NCBI GenBank assembly: GCA_037443035.1
Contig: JBBIPC010000002.1
Location: 160,001 to 224,000, forward strand
Length of the DNA stretch: 64,000 nt
From: Chthonomonadales bacterium
GTDB taxonomy: Bacteria > Armatimonadota > Chthonomonadetes > Chthonomonadales > CAJBBX01
Reading direction: 5' to 3'
In this document: positions 18,422 to 29,000 of the stretch, piece after piece
Position numbering within the stretch: position 1 is the stretch's first letter
Layout: each line of letters begins with the position of its first letter
Notes under the pieces: generated by a model
Seen by the model: only the letters and a program-made list of their open reading frames with translations
Database searches by the model: none
Told to the model about the DNA's origin: nothing
Translations under genes and position numbers: made by a program

Positions 18422-20038
18422 CTACGCGACCTGTCCCGCCACCCACAGCGTACCCCCTTCTCCGCCGACAACACAACGAGGATAGATTCCAGGCAAGGAG
18501 AAGGTACGGCACGGGCCCTGAAGCGCGTCCAATACGACGATCGCGTTGGACGACCGGGCGGGCACGAAGATGCGTCCTTGCGTATCCACGTAGAGCTGGG
18601 CGCCGCCCACTCCGCGCACGACCCTCCGAACCACCGTGCCGTCGTCCACCCCGACCGCCTCGACAACTCCGTCGCCACCTTCCTCGTGGCATGTCACGAT
18701 AGTGCCATTGGGCAGAGCGGCGATGCCAGAATACGCGATGCCGCCACCCGACGGCTGATGCTCACCCAGAACCTCGCCGTCGCTGTTCAGCACTAGGATC
18801 CGTTCGTTACCAAAGCTCGCCACGGCCATAAGGACGAGACCACGGGGAGTGGTGCCGATCTGTGCAGCTCGTCCTGGCCAGAAACGCTCTACAGTGCGCC
18901 CACCTCGCCTAAATGCCAGCACCGCCTCGGTCAGCGGGCCCGATGACACCAGGAGGCGTCCCCGGCCGTCGAACGTTAGCGTCGTGGCGCCGCTGAGCCG
19001 TGTGAGTACGTCCGTCGCGCCGTAGAACGCGCCGACCTCCCTTCCGTCGGCAGTGTACTCCACTACCTCGGACGTATTCAGCCCCCTCTGCGGCAGGCCA
19101 TCGTTGACCACATAGATGTTGCCTGGAGTGAACCCTTCCCGAGCGGCAACGTCTGGCGCGATGCATAGAGACTGCGCCATGCGCAGGCGGTCACTGCCGA
19201 AGGCCCGGAGAATCTCTCCCTGAGGGGTGATCTGCACCACGATTCCCACCTGGGGGATGTCCGCCACGTCGTCACACCGCAGCGTCATGGCCGCGGCCAC
19301 GGCTGAGAGAGTGAGCAACAGGCCGAACTGGGCCAGCCGCCGAAAGGATGGTGCCCCCAGCACCCTCTCGTCGCGTCCCGCCTCGGCTAGGAATGCGTGG
19401 AGCACCGAGAAATCACGCAGGCTGCGGTTGCTGGCTTCCCTTACGAAACCCACCGCATCGAGGTCGAGATAGCCAAGTGCCACGGCCTTCGCCACAGCCT
19501 GGACGGTCTTCGAGACGCCGAGTCGTCGGTGGATCTTCTCCAGGTGCGTCGTAACGGTACGCGGCGATAGAAAGAGCCGCTCTGCAATATCCGTGTTGGA
19601 CAGTCCTTTGCTCGCTTCTCGAAGGATCTCGATCTGCCGTCGGGTGAGCAAGGGCTTGCCATCCTGGCCGAGGTACATAGCTCCCCGGCGCCGCGGGAAG
19701 AACCGGTTGAACAAGAGTGAGAGTGTCTCGCCATCACCCAGGGCGTCCGTCAGAGCAGCAGCCAATCGCCCTCGTCCAGGCACTTCGGCAAGGCGTGTGG
19801 CAGCATGACGCGCCACGTCTAGCATCCATCCGAAGTCGGTCTCCGCCGTGTATAATCGCGGCTGAGCCTCGGCATGCACCGCACGGTTCTTCGCCCGGTC
19901 GTGGGAGCGCATGGGTGCAGCCAGCTCTTCTCCGGCCAGAAGGAGGGCCGTGACCAGCGCAGCTTCCTGCTGCGGGATCACCGCAACCTGGTGGTCCTCA
20001 ATCGTATGGCTTGCACCTGCCTCTTGGGGTGCTTTCAC
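18422..20038 (-). CDS. LuxR/GerE-type HTH regulator fused to a C-terminal NHL-like beta-propeller
   Basis: LTRRQIEILREASKGLSNTDIAERLFLSPRTVTTHLEKIHRRLGV, followed by blade-like repeats (LTFDGRGRLLVS, GIAALPNGTIVT, LYVDTQGRIFV). Confidence 0.8.
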   Translation of the reverse strand: MKAPQEAGASHTIEDHQVAVIPQQEAALVTALLLAGEELAAPMRSHDRAKNRAVHAEAQPRLYTAETDFGWMLDVARHAATRLAEVPGRGRLAAALTDALGDGETLSLLFNRFFPRRRGAMYLGQDGKPLLTRRQIEILREASKGLSNTDIAERLFLSPRTVTTHLEKIHRRLGVSKTVQAVAKAVALGYLDLDAVGFVREASNRSLRDFSVLHAFLAEAGRDERVLGAPSFRRLAQFGLLLTLSAVAAAMTLRCDDVADIPQVGIVVQITPQGEILRAFGSDRLRMAQSLCIAPDVAAREGFTPGNIYVVNDGLPQRGLNTSEVVEYTADGREVGAFYGATDVLTRLSGATTLTFDGRGRLLVSSGPLTEAVLAFRRGGRTVERFWPGRAAQIGTTPRGLVLMAVASFGNERILVLNSDGEVLGEHQPSGGGIAYSGIAALPNGTIVTCHEEGGDGVVEAVGVDDGTVVRRVVRGVGGAQLYVDTQGRIFVPARSSNAIVVLDALQGPCRTFSLPGIYPRCVVGGEGGTLWVAGQVA

Positions 20039-20090
20039 ACGAGCTGCCTACACCTCCTGATACTGCACTAGTCTGAGGCTGGCAATGCTC

Positions 20091-23000
20091 CTACCATCTT
20101 GCGAACACGTAGTGCCACACACTGCGGCCATCGGTACTCGCGCTAGACTGCGCCGCAGGATAGACAACAGGGAGAGACTGCTCCCAGCCGCGAAGGTCGT
20201 TGGTCGGGCGCAGCGATTGCCTCTCGAAGTACGGTTTCTCTGCGCTTGCGACCGCCTTGTTCTTCTCCTGAGACTGGCCGACCAGCTGGGCCAGTATGGC
20301 ATTCGCCCGCGTAATGACGTCCGGCATGCGCACGGATGCAGGTGGCAGCTCGTCCAGCGCTTTCAGGAGTGCATAGGTGAAAAAGCCGTTCTTGAAGACC
20401 TCACCGTTGTACGATATGGCAAGTTTCGGGTCGTCGTCCAGGTTCTCGTTGGCTTGCTCGCCTTTGCGGCAGGAGAACAGCGCCGAACACAGGACGGCAC
20501 CGTCGTCGCTGGATAGGTCCGGAGGTGCGGCATCGAACGGCGCCTTCGTACCATTGCGGCACGCGTCGTACACACACATCACGGTGACAGGTGTGTCCTT
20601 CGAACCCCAGTTGACAAGGTTCTTGACACGCGTGGGCCACTCCCAGACGTAGACTCTTGCTGGTGCCGACGGATCGTCGTCCGCCATGATGAGGTGGTCC
20701 ACGTTCAACGCCGTGCGCGTGCCGAGGCTCGCGGTGACGTTCGTGCCGTGTCCCGCGAAGAAGATGAGGACATGTCGCGCCTTGCGCTGCTCGAGAACCT
20801 TCAGGAAGGTATCGAAGGCTGCGGCCACGACCTTGCTTGTCGCCAAGCCGAACCGCTGCCCTGGTCGCTTCGTCTCGGACAGATCGTTTGGCGTTGTGCT
20901 CTTGACGTTCTGGAGGCCGTTCGTGCGCATCTCCGGGGTGCCTGAGTCGTTGCGGCCAACGACGTACACGATATTCTCCGGCGCATAGCCACGTTCGATG
21001 AGCTTCGCACGGATGGACATGGCATCGTCGGCCGCATGCCGCAGGGGCAACGTGCGGAACTCACCGGTACCGTAGTAGTTGATTCCGACGACGAAGGCCA
21101 CGGCCCTGACCGCCACGCGGATCTTCACATCTGCACGCGCGGGTGCCTGGGATGCGTCATCTGAATCCCACAGCCGGACGCGGATGGTATACGCCCCAAC
21201 ACTTAGCCTTCCGTCTTCGATCTGCAACTTGCCGTCCAGAGGGGGTGGCTTGGGGGTTCGCTCAGTGCCCGGGACGACATTTCCTCGGCTGTCCACCACG
21301 TCCCAGGCGATGAGCTTGATGCCCTGCGGGTCGAACTCGACGATCGTGTCGGCATTCCGGCCGGCATCGTTGGCGTTGAACACCAGGGACCGCGATCCGG
21401 TACCGTCGTCACAGTAGACGAAATCCGGCTTCTTGAAGTTGAACGCTACGGCGGCAGCAGGAAGCTCGATCGTCAGTTCCTGCTGTGCTCGTAGGGTCTG
21501 TGTACCGAACGGCACCTCCGCGGTGACCGCGACTTTCCCCTGGCTTGCACGAAGACCAGCAAGTGGGAAGCGCCATTCTCCTCCAGTACGGCTGCCCTGC
21601 AGCGTCTGATCCCCGAACTTCACAGTTACAGTATCGGCCCATGTCTTCACGCGGACCGCAGCAGCATCTGCTAAGACATAGCCGCCTGCAGGTCGTTTCA
21701 CGAGACTCACGCCCTCCACAGTGAGTCCCGGTTCGATGGCCGTGGTCAGGTTCGCCTCGGCCTTCTTCACCGCCTCCAGCGCATCCGTTCCAGCAAGCGC
21801 CGCAACGTTGTCGGCGTATTGCCGCGCAGACGCGAGAGCAGCCTGTGCTCTTGCCAGTGCGTCCGGGGGTCGCTGATCTCGTGTAACGGCGCTGATGGCG
21901 GTGTTCGCCAGAGCAAGCAAGCGTTGCAGCTTCCGCTGACACATGGCACCTACCCACTTCGGCGGTGCAGCGCCTCCGCTCGATGTGCCGCTGCGTAGGA
22001 GATCCAGGTATCCAGCAAGCGGGGCGGACAACTGTGGCAGCGCCCCTGGCGACAGCGGCACAGTGATCGTCTTCGGTACGTCACCAGCGTTTGGATACGC
22101 AACCATGACGGTGACACGCACATTGGTCGCAGAAGGTGCAGGGACAGCGAGAAGGACTAGCTCCGCTCGTGCGTCGCTGCCGCTATGGGTCACCAGACCT
22201 TCGAGATTCTCCAGATCTATGTCGTCCATGCGAACTGCTTTGACACGGCGTCCGAGAACCAGCCCGGTGACATCGAGCCGGATTGCCGCGATTCCATCAC
22301 GATCAGCGAACACCGACGAAACCACAGCGACCTCGACAGGCGTCTTCTCCAGCTTCTGCTGAGCTTCCAGTGCTTCGCGCGCCTGCTGAGCTTCCCTGGC
22401 ACGCCGCTCGGCCTCTTCGCGCTCCTTCTGCTCCTTTGCGCGCTGAGCTGCCTCGCGTGCTTTGCGCTCTTCCTCAGCTCGCCGGAGACGCTCCTGTTCG
22501 GCTTGGATCTGCGCATCCAACTGAGCGATGCGGGCATCGAGATCTTCGCCACGACCTACAGCCTTGGCAAGGAGGCGGAGTCCACTGAGATATGCCTTGG
22601 CTTCGGAAGCCGCACCTTCGGGCGTCTGGCGCAACCGGTAGTCGTAGAGGTCGTCGAGCACTTGCCGTGCCTCCGCTGCGTGGGAAGGGTCGGTAAGCAC
22701 GCCGATGTAGGCCCGTTCGCCGGCAGCGAGATCTCCCCGAGCCAGCTCCCGCTGGTAGTCAGGCAGCCTTCCCAGGCGCGGATCCGACGGCTGGATGGTC
22801 TCGGGGGAGCTTGGCCATTGGACAACCACGGGATCCGATGGACGCACCGTCCTGGCCTGCACCGTAATGGACTGTGCACCGCCCGTCCATGGTATTAGGA
22901 ACACGCTACGGCTGCGGGCTTCGCTCGATCCGGCGATCGTCTCGACCGGAGTCACATCGGCTGGGTATTCGAAGCCGTTGATCATGACGCGCGGTATTAC

Positions 23001-24497
23001 GGAGCCAAAGTCCGATACAGTGACTTCGATGAGATGCACCAGCTCATGTGCCCGGAGCACGCGCGCAGTTACAAGTGGCGTCGTCTCGGACCGGACGGCA
23101 AGCTGCTCAGTCGCCACATCCTTCTGGCCACGGCGCACGCTAACGACGACCGGCGTCTCGGCATTCGGGGACACCAGGAATCTTGGAACCGTGAAGGTTC
23201 GGTCGCCGGCCGCGGTGACCTTCTCCTGCAGGACAACGCTATCCGAAGGGCCAGAGCCGACCGCCACTCGCACTTCATCGCCGCTCCGCAATCGTTGGAC
23301 GCTGAAACCAAGACCGGCTACTGCGACGTCCTGGATCACCATGGTTCGGCTTGCCATCACGATCGTGGGCTTGGGGATATTCCACAACGCGATGGTTCCG
23401 TCATACGTTACGGAGGCGTTCGTCAGTGGGTCGTCGAGAACGAGCTTGACCGAGATAGGCTCCGGCTTCTCCTCGAGGGAGACGCGCAGATCGAACTCAC
23501 TGAGTACGTTCTTCTGCGAGGCATTTGGCAGAGCCTGGCCCGTCGCAGCATCCACCACCTTCACGGTAACCGGCGCCAGGGTCTCCACCGCTCCTCGGAT
23601 GACCTTGACGCTACCTTCTGCCTGCCACTCTGGGCTCTCCACGACCATCCTGAACCTTGGCTTCCCGGCCTCTAGCTCCGCTGCCAAGACCGTACTCACA
23701 CTCTTGTCCAGGAGTTCCAGGTAGCCGCTCTTGCCCACGATGTCCTCGACATCCGGCTGAGCGGGAACGCGTGTGAACGCCGACGGAGGAAGCTTCCTCA
23801 GGCGGTCCAGATCAGCGATCTCCGCCGTGACGCTGACGGCTGCCACCTCCGTTTCTCCAGCCTTCTGAGCTAGCTCCAGCCCTAGTCTCCGGCGGGCAAG
23901 AGCCGCAGCGACTGCCATACGCCGCACGAAGGGGGAGTCGTAGACAGGATGGATCTGGCTCGCTTTGCGCTGTTTGGAGCTTGCACCCGGTTCGTCGCCT
24001 GCGCCATGCCATAGTGACTCGTAGACGGCTGTATAGTAGGCGTACTTGCGGGCCGAGTCTGTGGCCCGTTGCGCCGCCATCCAGGAGCAGTAGGCACGAG
24101 CCAGTGTCGGCAAGTACCCTCCGACAAGGGCGTCCCCTGAGATGGTGCCGCCAGGTGGAAGGATCTTGCCGCTGGCTGGCTCGTCGTAGCCCTGAATCAG
24201 TAGGCGTGCCATCTCCGCGTGCGCCGCGAACCGCCTTTCCGCCTCTTCGACGGAGATCGCCGAGCGGTTGTCGGCGTTGCGTGTTGTGAGCATGGCCTGC
24301 CGCAACGCGATCCATGCGTCGCGTACCTCCATGGGCGACGGACGGCTAGAGGGAGCTTGCTGGGCCACCGTTGGCCACGCGACAACGAACAGCAGCACAG
24401 CTACGCCTGCCGCTGCAGTGAAACCCTTGACTTGGCTTGCCGGCGATGCCAATCCAACGCTCCGTCTCACGGTGATCCTTCCATCGAGAACCATCAC
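20091..24497 (-). CDS. Large exported protein with C-terminal caspase-family (peptidase C14) domain
   Basis: N-terminal hydrophobic signal, central coiled coil (EQERLRRAEEERKAREAAQRAKEQ), C14 motifs AFVVGINYY, FFAGHG, YDACR and NGFFTYALLKAL. Exact start uncertain. Confidence 0.85.
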   Translation of the reverse strand: MMVLDGRITVRRSVGLASPASQVKGFTAAAGVAVLLFVVAWPTVAQQAPSSRPSPMEVRDAWIALRQAMLTTRNADNRSAISVEEAERRFAAHAEMARLLIQGYDEPASGKILPPGGTISGDALVGGYLPTLARAYCSWMAAQRATDSARKYAYYTAVYESLWHGAGDEPGASSKQRKASQIHPVYDSPFVRRMAVAAALARRRLGLELAQKAGETEVAAVSVTAEIADLDRLRKLPPSAFTRVPAQPDVEDIVGKSGYLELLDKSVSTVLAAELEAGKPRFRMVVESPEWQAEGSVKVIRGAVETLAPVTVKVVDAATGQALPNASQKNVLSEFDLRVSLEEKPEPISVKLVLDDPLTNASVTYDGTIALWNIPKPTIVMASRTMVIQDVAVAGLGFSVQRLRSGDEVRVAVGSGPSDSVVLQEKVTAAGDRTFTVPRFLVSPNAETPVVVSVRRGQKDVATEQLAVRSETTPLVTARVLRAHELVHLIEVTVSDFGSVIPRVMINGFEYPADVTPVETIAGSSEARSRSVFLIPWTGGAQSITVQARTVRPSDPVVVQWPSSPETIQPSDPRLGRLPDYQRELARGDLAAGERAYIGVLTDPSHAAEARQVLDDLYDYRLRQTPEGAASEAKAYLSGLRLLAKAVGRGEDLDARIAQLDAQIQAEQERLRRAEEERKAREAAQRAKEQKEREEAERRAREAQQAREALEAQQKLEKTPVEVAVVSSVFADRDGIAAIRLDVTGLVLGRRVKAVRMDDIDLENLEGLVTHSGSDARAELVLLAVPAPSATNVRVTVMVAYPNAGDVPKTITVPLSPGALPQLSAPLAGYLDLLRSGTSSGGAAPPKWVGAMCQRKLQRLLALANTAISAVTRDQRPPDALARAQAALASARQYADNVAALAGTDALEAVKKAEANLTTAIEPGLTVEGVSLVKRPAGGYVLADAAAVRVKTWADTVTVKFGDQTLQGSRTGGEWRFPLAGLRASQGKVAVTAEVPFGTQTLRAQQELTIELPAAAVAFNFKKPDFVYCDDGTGSRSLVFNANDAGRNADTIVEFDPQGIKLIAWDVVDSRGNVVPGTERTPKPPPLDGKLQIEDGRLSVGAYTIRVRLWDSDDASQAPARADVKIRVAVRAVAFVVGINYYGTGEFRTLPLRHAADDAMSIRAKLIERGYAPENIVYVVGRNDSGTPEMRTNGLQNVKSTTPNDLSETKRPGQRFGLATSKVVAAAFDTFLKVLEQRKARHVLIFFAGHGTNVTASLGTRTALNVDHLIMADDDPSAPARVYVWEWPTRVKNLVNWGSKDTPVTVMCVYDACRNGTKAPFDAAPPDLSSDDGAVLCSALFSCRKGEQANENLDDDPKLAISYNGEVFKNGFFTYALLKALDELPPASVRMPDVITRANAILAQLVGQSQEKNKAVASAEKPYFERQSLRPTNDLRGWEQSLPVVYPAAQSSASTDGRSVWHYVFARW

Positions 24498-24531
24498 GCA
24501 TCATCGCCGGCGGCTTGCCGGCGATGATGCG
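24497..24531. repeat. Perfect 15-bp inverted repeat
   Basis: CGCATCATCGCCGGC-GGCTT-GCCGGCGATGATGCG. Confidence 0.85.
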
Positions 24532-24583
24532 CTACCGATCTACAGTTCTATACGGCTCGATGCTAGTGCAGAGCGCCTGCTTC

Positions 24584-25990
24584 TCAGCGGCCTGTCGAGA
24601 CAGGGCGATCTTCGCCGCCTGTTCTGACCACAGCATCGAGAGCCATCTGGAATGTCAGGTTCACGAACCACGTCTTCGACTTCGTCAGATACTCGACTGT
24701 GGGTTCGATGGTCAGTACCTTGGCGTCCATTTCTCCTTTCCGCACGAACGCGAAGCCCGCCGACAGAACGTTCTCGCTGTAGGCGTACCGTACGGCTGTT
24801 TTGTTCGTCCGGAAGCCAATGCGGATCGGCGTCTCGTAGCGCCGCTCCCTCGGAATAGGGATCAGCGGTCTGGCCGGGATCCACTCGGCGCCGAAGTGGA
24901 AGTTCGTCACGGCCTTCCGAAAGTCCGTCTGGTCCTCGCTGTTCGCACCTGAGAATCGCTGGATTTCGGCAGCGATGACCACGCGATCCCGTTCGCCTGT
25001 CGCACTCTGCCCCGGAAGGAAGCTATTGTAAGCAACGCCGAGGGTCAGGCGGTCGGGCACCTCGGAAGCCATGGCCTCGCCAAAGCCCATCCCTTTCAGG
25101 TCGGCCTTGGACCGATAGCACGCCGCGAACGACCACGTTGTCGTGCTCGCTGTCAGCTTCTCGTCGCCGGTACCGAGCCCTGCTTGTGGCGGCACACCCG
25201 TCTGATAATAGACACCTAGCGAGAAACCGTCCCCATGTCCTCGGTCGACACGCTGCGTGTCCGTTTTCGACGTCACTTGCTGCTGGAGAGTGTCATCCCA
25301 AGCTGTCGTCTCCGTCTGATGGAGGCTCTGGGAATCGGACGTGACACGATAGTACGCGACGCCAACACCGAGCGTGCCCCGCTTGTTGGCCAGCGGAGAC
25401 CACTGATGCCCATAGGCGACGGTCAGATAGGAGTTGCGCATGAGCTGCCAATCGTGATCCAGGGTCTCGGAGAACGTCGTAGGATCGGCGACGGTGCCAA
25501 GGGTCCTTCGGCGCGTTGCATCGAGGTTGAAGTAGCCACCCAGAGTGTAGCTCACCCCGATCGTGCCAGTTCCCCCAGCCCACTTGGAGGAAAGCGGATA
25601 GACGAAGCTGGCAAAGGTCGGCTGCAGACCACCCGCACGACGATCCAGGGATTGTGAAAAGGTCTCCGGATCCGCAGTTGTGAGGCGCGACCAGCGAAGA
25701 TCGCTGGTTGTCTCGAGGCCAGGGCGGAAGTGCAACATTAGTTGGCGTCGTGTCAGCACGCCGAGTCGGCCGGGGTTCCAGAAGGTCGCGCTCGGGTCAT
25801 CGGCGATGGCCGAGTACGCATTGCCCATGGCCACAGACCTGGAACCCACACCGAGTGTCTGCAGAAAGTCCGGCCCTACCGTGTAGAACTCTGTGGTGCC
25901 CTGCCCGAAGCACGTGCCCGGCATGCTGACAGCGAGCACGACGACTGCGAGCAACCCCAGGTCCCGTACCCGCCGGGTAATCTCCATCAT
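24584..25990 (-). CDS. Outer-membrane beta-barrel of the FadL/PorV (UPF0164-like) family
   Basis: Signal peptide, then the hatch motif FLQTLGVGSRSVAMGNAYSAIADDPSATFWNPGRL and alternating aromatic beta-strands. Start set at ATG 25990 behind GAGGAG. Confidence 0.8.
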   Translation of the reverse strand: MMEITRRVRDLGLLAVVVLAVSMPGTCFGQGTTEFYTVGPDFLQTLGVGSRSVAMGNAYSAIADDPSATFWNPGRLGVLTRRQLMLHFRPGLETTSDLRWSRLTTADPETFSQSLDRRAGGLQPTFASFVYPLSSKWAGGTGTIGVSYTLGGYFNLDATRRRTLGTVADPTTFSETLDHDWQLMRNSYLTVAYGHQWSPLANKRGTLGVGVAYYRVTSDSQSLHQTETTAWDDTLQQQVTSKTDTQRVDRGHGDGFSLGVYYQTGVPPQAGLGTGDEKLTASTTTWSFAACYRSKADLKGMGFGEAMASEVPDRLTLGVAYNSFLPGQSATGERDRVVIAAEIQRFSGANSEDQTDFRKAVTNFHFGAEWIPARPLIPIPRERRYETPIRIGFRTNKTAVRYAYSENVLSAGFAFVRKGEMDAKVLTIEPTVEYLTKSKTWFVNLTFQMALDAVVRTGGEDRPVSTGR

Positions 25991-26058
25991 TGCTGACTCT
26001 CCTCTCATCGTCGTTCGGAAGCGGCGGCGAGCCGCCAGGGCCCGCCGCCAGCTTGGTA

Positions 26059-29000
26059 TTACCGGGTCAGCGATACCCGGAACGTTATCTGATCGGTCGT
26101 GCCCGGGTTACCCAGCACGTCCTTCGCGTCGCTGATGCGAACCGTATACTCCTTGCCGTAGGAATAGCCCGTCCGCAGGATGGGTAGCTGCCAGATAACC
26201 ATGTAGCCATCGTCAGCACTACCAGACACGGTCGCCGAACCGTATAGCTTGTCCACCAAGTTCGGCTTGGTCAGTGCATCGGCCAGCGACAGATTGAAGG
26301 AACCGCTCGGCCCCTGAACGGTAACCGTCACGGATGGTGCGTTCAGCTCGTTGGTTCCGCTCAGCAGCTTGGCCAGCGGCGCCCGTGCTCCCGACGGCTC
26401 TCCAGCGCTATGATCCACGCGGAAGATCAGCGTGAGGATGCTCCCCATGGCTACCGACGGCGGCAGGGTCGAGCCAGGTATGGGCGAGGTGATCTTGACC
26501 ACCGGGCCTGCGTTGTCCACAATGACCGACTTCGAATCCTGGTTCGCGTTGCCGATGCGATCGGTAGCCGACAGCACGAGATCCACAGCGCCGATGGACG
26601 TCGTGGTATTCCAGCTCTGGCTGATGGCGCCCGATGCCGTGCCAGATGCCAGCGAACTCGTTCCGGCCTTCAGCTCCCACTGCTTCAGGTAGGCGTCACT
26701 AACGTTGCCGGTGACGGTTACTGTGCCCTTAACAAACACGCGAGACCCAACGACCTGGTTCGGCGTCGGGTTATCGAGGCTCACCGTCGGCTTGACATTG
26801 TCCGCGATCACTGTCACGGTCTTTTCATCGGTGAAGCCTACTTTGTCCGTCGCCTTCAGCCGGAAGGTATGCGCACCTTCGCCACTCGTCGTGTAGGACT
26901 CCGAGACTCCGCCGCTCGCCGTGCCGGTCTTCACGAAGGACGCATCGTTATCATCGGTCAGGCGCCAATCCAACAGGTTCGCGTCAATGACGCTGCCGAC
27001 AAGCCTGATGACTCCCTGAACGAAGAAGTCAGCTCCGTCCTGAACCTTCGGGAGAGCATCAATGGCTACTGCCGGTGGCGTGTTATCTACGGTGATCAGC
27101 ACGGATACGTTGTCGGTGACGTTTCCAGCCTTGTCAACTGCCACCAGTTTGATCACGTGTACGCCGTCGGCGCCCAACGTAGTGTTCAGGCTCGCGCTCG
27201 CCGAAGGCCCGCTTCCTGACCCGCCAGGTACGGGGCTGCCGTTGTCCAGCCACTGCCAGCTCGACAGGTTCGCGTCCGTCACCGTACCGGTCAGTGTGAT
27301 CGTACCCTTCACCACGGCGCCGTTTGTCGGAGCGGTTATGCTCACGCTAGGCGCAATGTTGTCTGCGATGACGGTGAATGTCGCAGGTGGGGCAGGATTG
27401 GCCGCCTTGTCGGTCGCGTTGAGTGTGAATGTGTGGGTGCCGTCTTTGCCTGCCGTGTCATAATCGAACACGAAGTTCGCGGTCGCTCCGGTCTGCACGA
27501 AACCGGCGTCACCAGTATCCGTCAGCGTCCAGGACTGGAGATTGGCGTCGGCAATCGTGCCAGCAACCTTCACGACTCCCTTGACGAAGCGATCCGACCC
27601 CACGATGACTACCGGTGCGACGGTGAGTGTCAGAACCGGTGAAGCTGTGTCAACGGTGACAGTGACCGTCGCCTCGCTGACGTTGCCCGCCTTATCGGCA
27701 ACAACGAGCTTGAGGACGTGTGTGCCGTCGCTGGCCGGGTTCCATGCGGCGTCGGCCGGAAGTGTCGTTCCCGACGCAAAGACAACGCCGTTATCGAGCC
27801 ATTCCCATTTCGCAAGGTTTGTTTCCGTCACCGTGCCTGAGGCCGTGACCGGACCAGCGATGAAGGCGCCGTTGGTTGGACTCGCGACGACCACCACGGG
27901 TGGCGTGTTGTCTACGGTAACCGAGATCGCGTCGGCTGCCGCCGCGTTGGTGTTCCCTGCTTTGTCCGTCGCCAGAACCTTGATCGTGTGGGCCCCTTCA
28001 GCAAGTGCGGTGGTGTCGAGGCTAAACGCCACGGTACTTCCAGGTACTGTACCGGGCGGGTTCAGGGTCGTCCCGTCTATCTGGATCTCGAACACGTCCG
28101 GGTTCACATCGTTGATTGCCGCGTTGAGCGCCACGACGCCACGAACGAATGCGCCGTTGGCAGGCGAAGTGATGGTCACCACGGGCGCGATGTTGTCCAC
28201 AGTGACGATGACGCTAGTGTCCACCGTGGCGCCGGCCAGGTTCTTGGCGAAGAGCTTGATCGTATGACGACCGTCTTTGCCCGTTGTGTCCCAGTCGAAC
28301 TCGAATGGGCCACTGGCATTGCCGTCGGTCAGTTTCGATGGAGAAGAATCGAGGTCGTGAAGCTCCCACTTGTCCAGAGCCGGTACCGCAACCGTGAACT
28401 TGATCTTCTTCGTGCCTCGAACGTACGCACCGTCCGAGGGGTCTGTAATGCTCACGGTACCAACCGTAACCACAGTCACCTGAATGGTGTCGGCGACCGC
28501 CGCGTTGGACAGACCCGCTTTGTCCGTGGCGAGGATCTTGAGCGTCACGACCGTGCCAGAGGCGATAGCGCTCGTATCCCACACTGCCGATACGCTGGTC
28601 GTCGTGCCAGTTGCGCCAGGGATGTCGTTGAAACCGCCACCGGTGTCGAACTGTATCTTCCAACTGTCGAGATTGCATTCGGTCACGGCACCAGTGATCT
28701 GGACAGTGCCCGTAACGAACTCGCCGTTCCCAGGCCTCGAGAATTTCACCGCTGGGACGGCGTTGTCCACCGTAACAGTGACGCTTGCCGAGCCCACGTT
28801 GAACTGAGCGTCAGTGGCCTCGAGTGTCAGAGTATGGACTCCATCCGGCACGAGGGTGGTATCCCATGTGTACGCGACCGGGCTTCCGGCGCCCGACGCC
28901 AGGACTACGCCATTGTCCAGCAATCGCCAAGTAACGCTCGAAGCATCCGTGATGGTCGCTGCAACAGCAAAGGTGGCCCCTGTTACGAATTGGGACGGAG

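Noticed and set aside
24400..24430. KGFT as a prepilin cleavage site in the caspase N-terminus
   Set aside because: It lacks the Glu at +5; an ordinary signal peptide is more likely.
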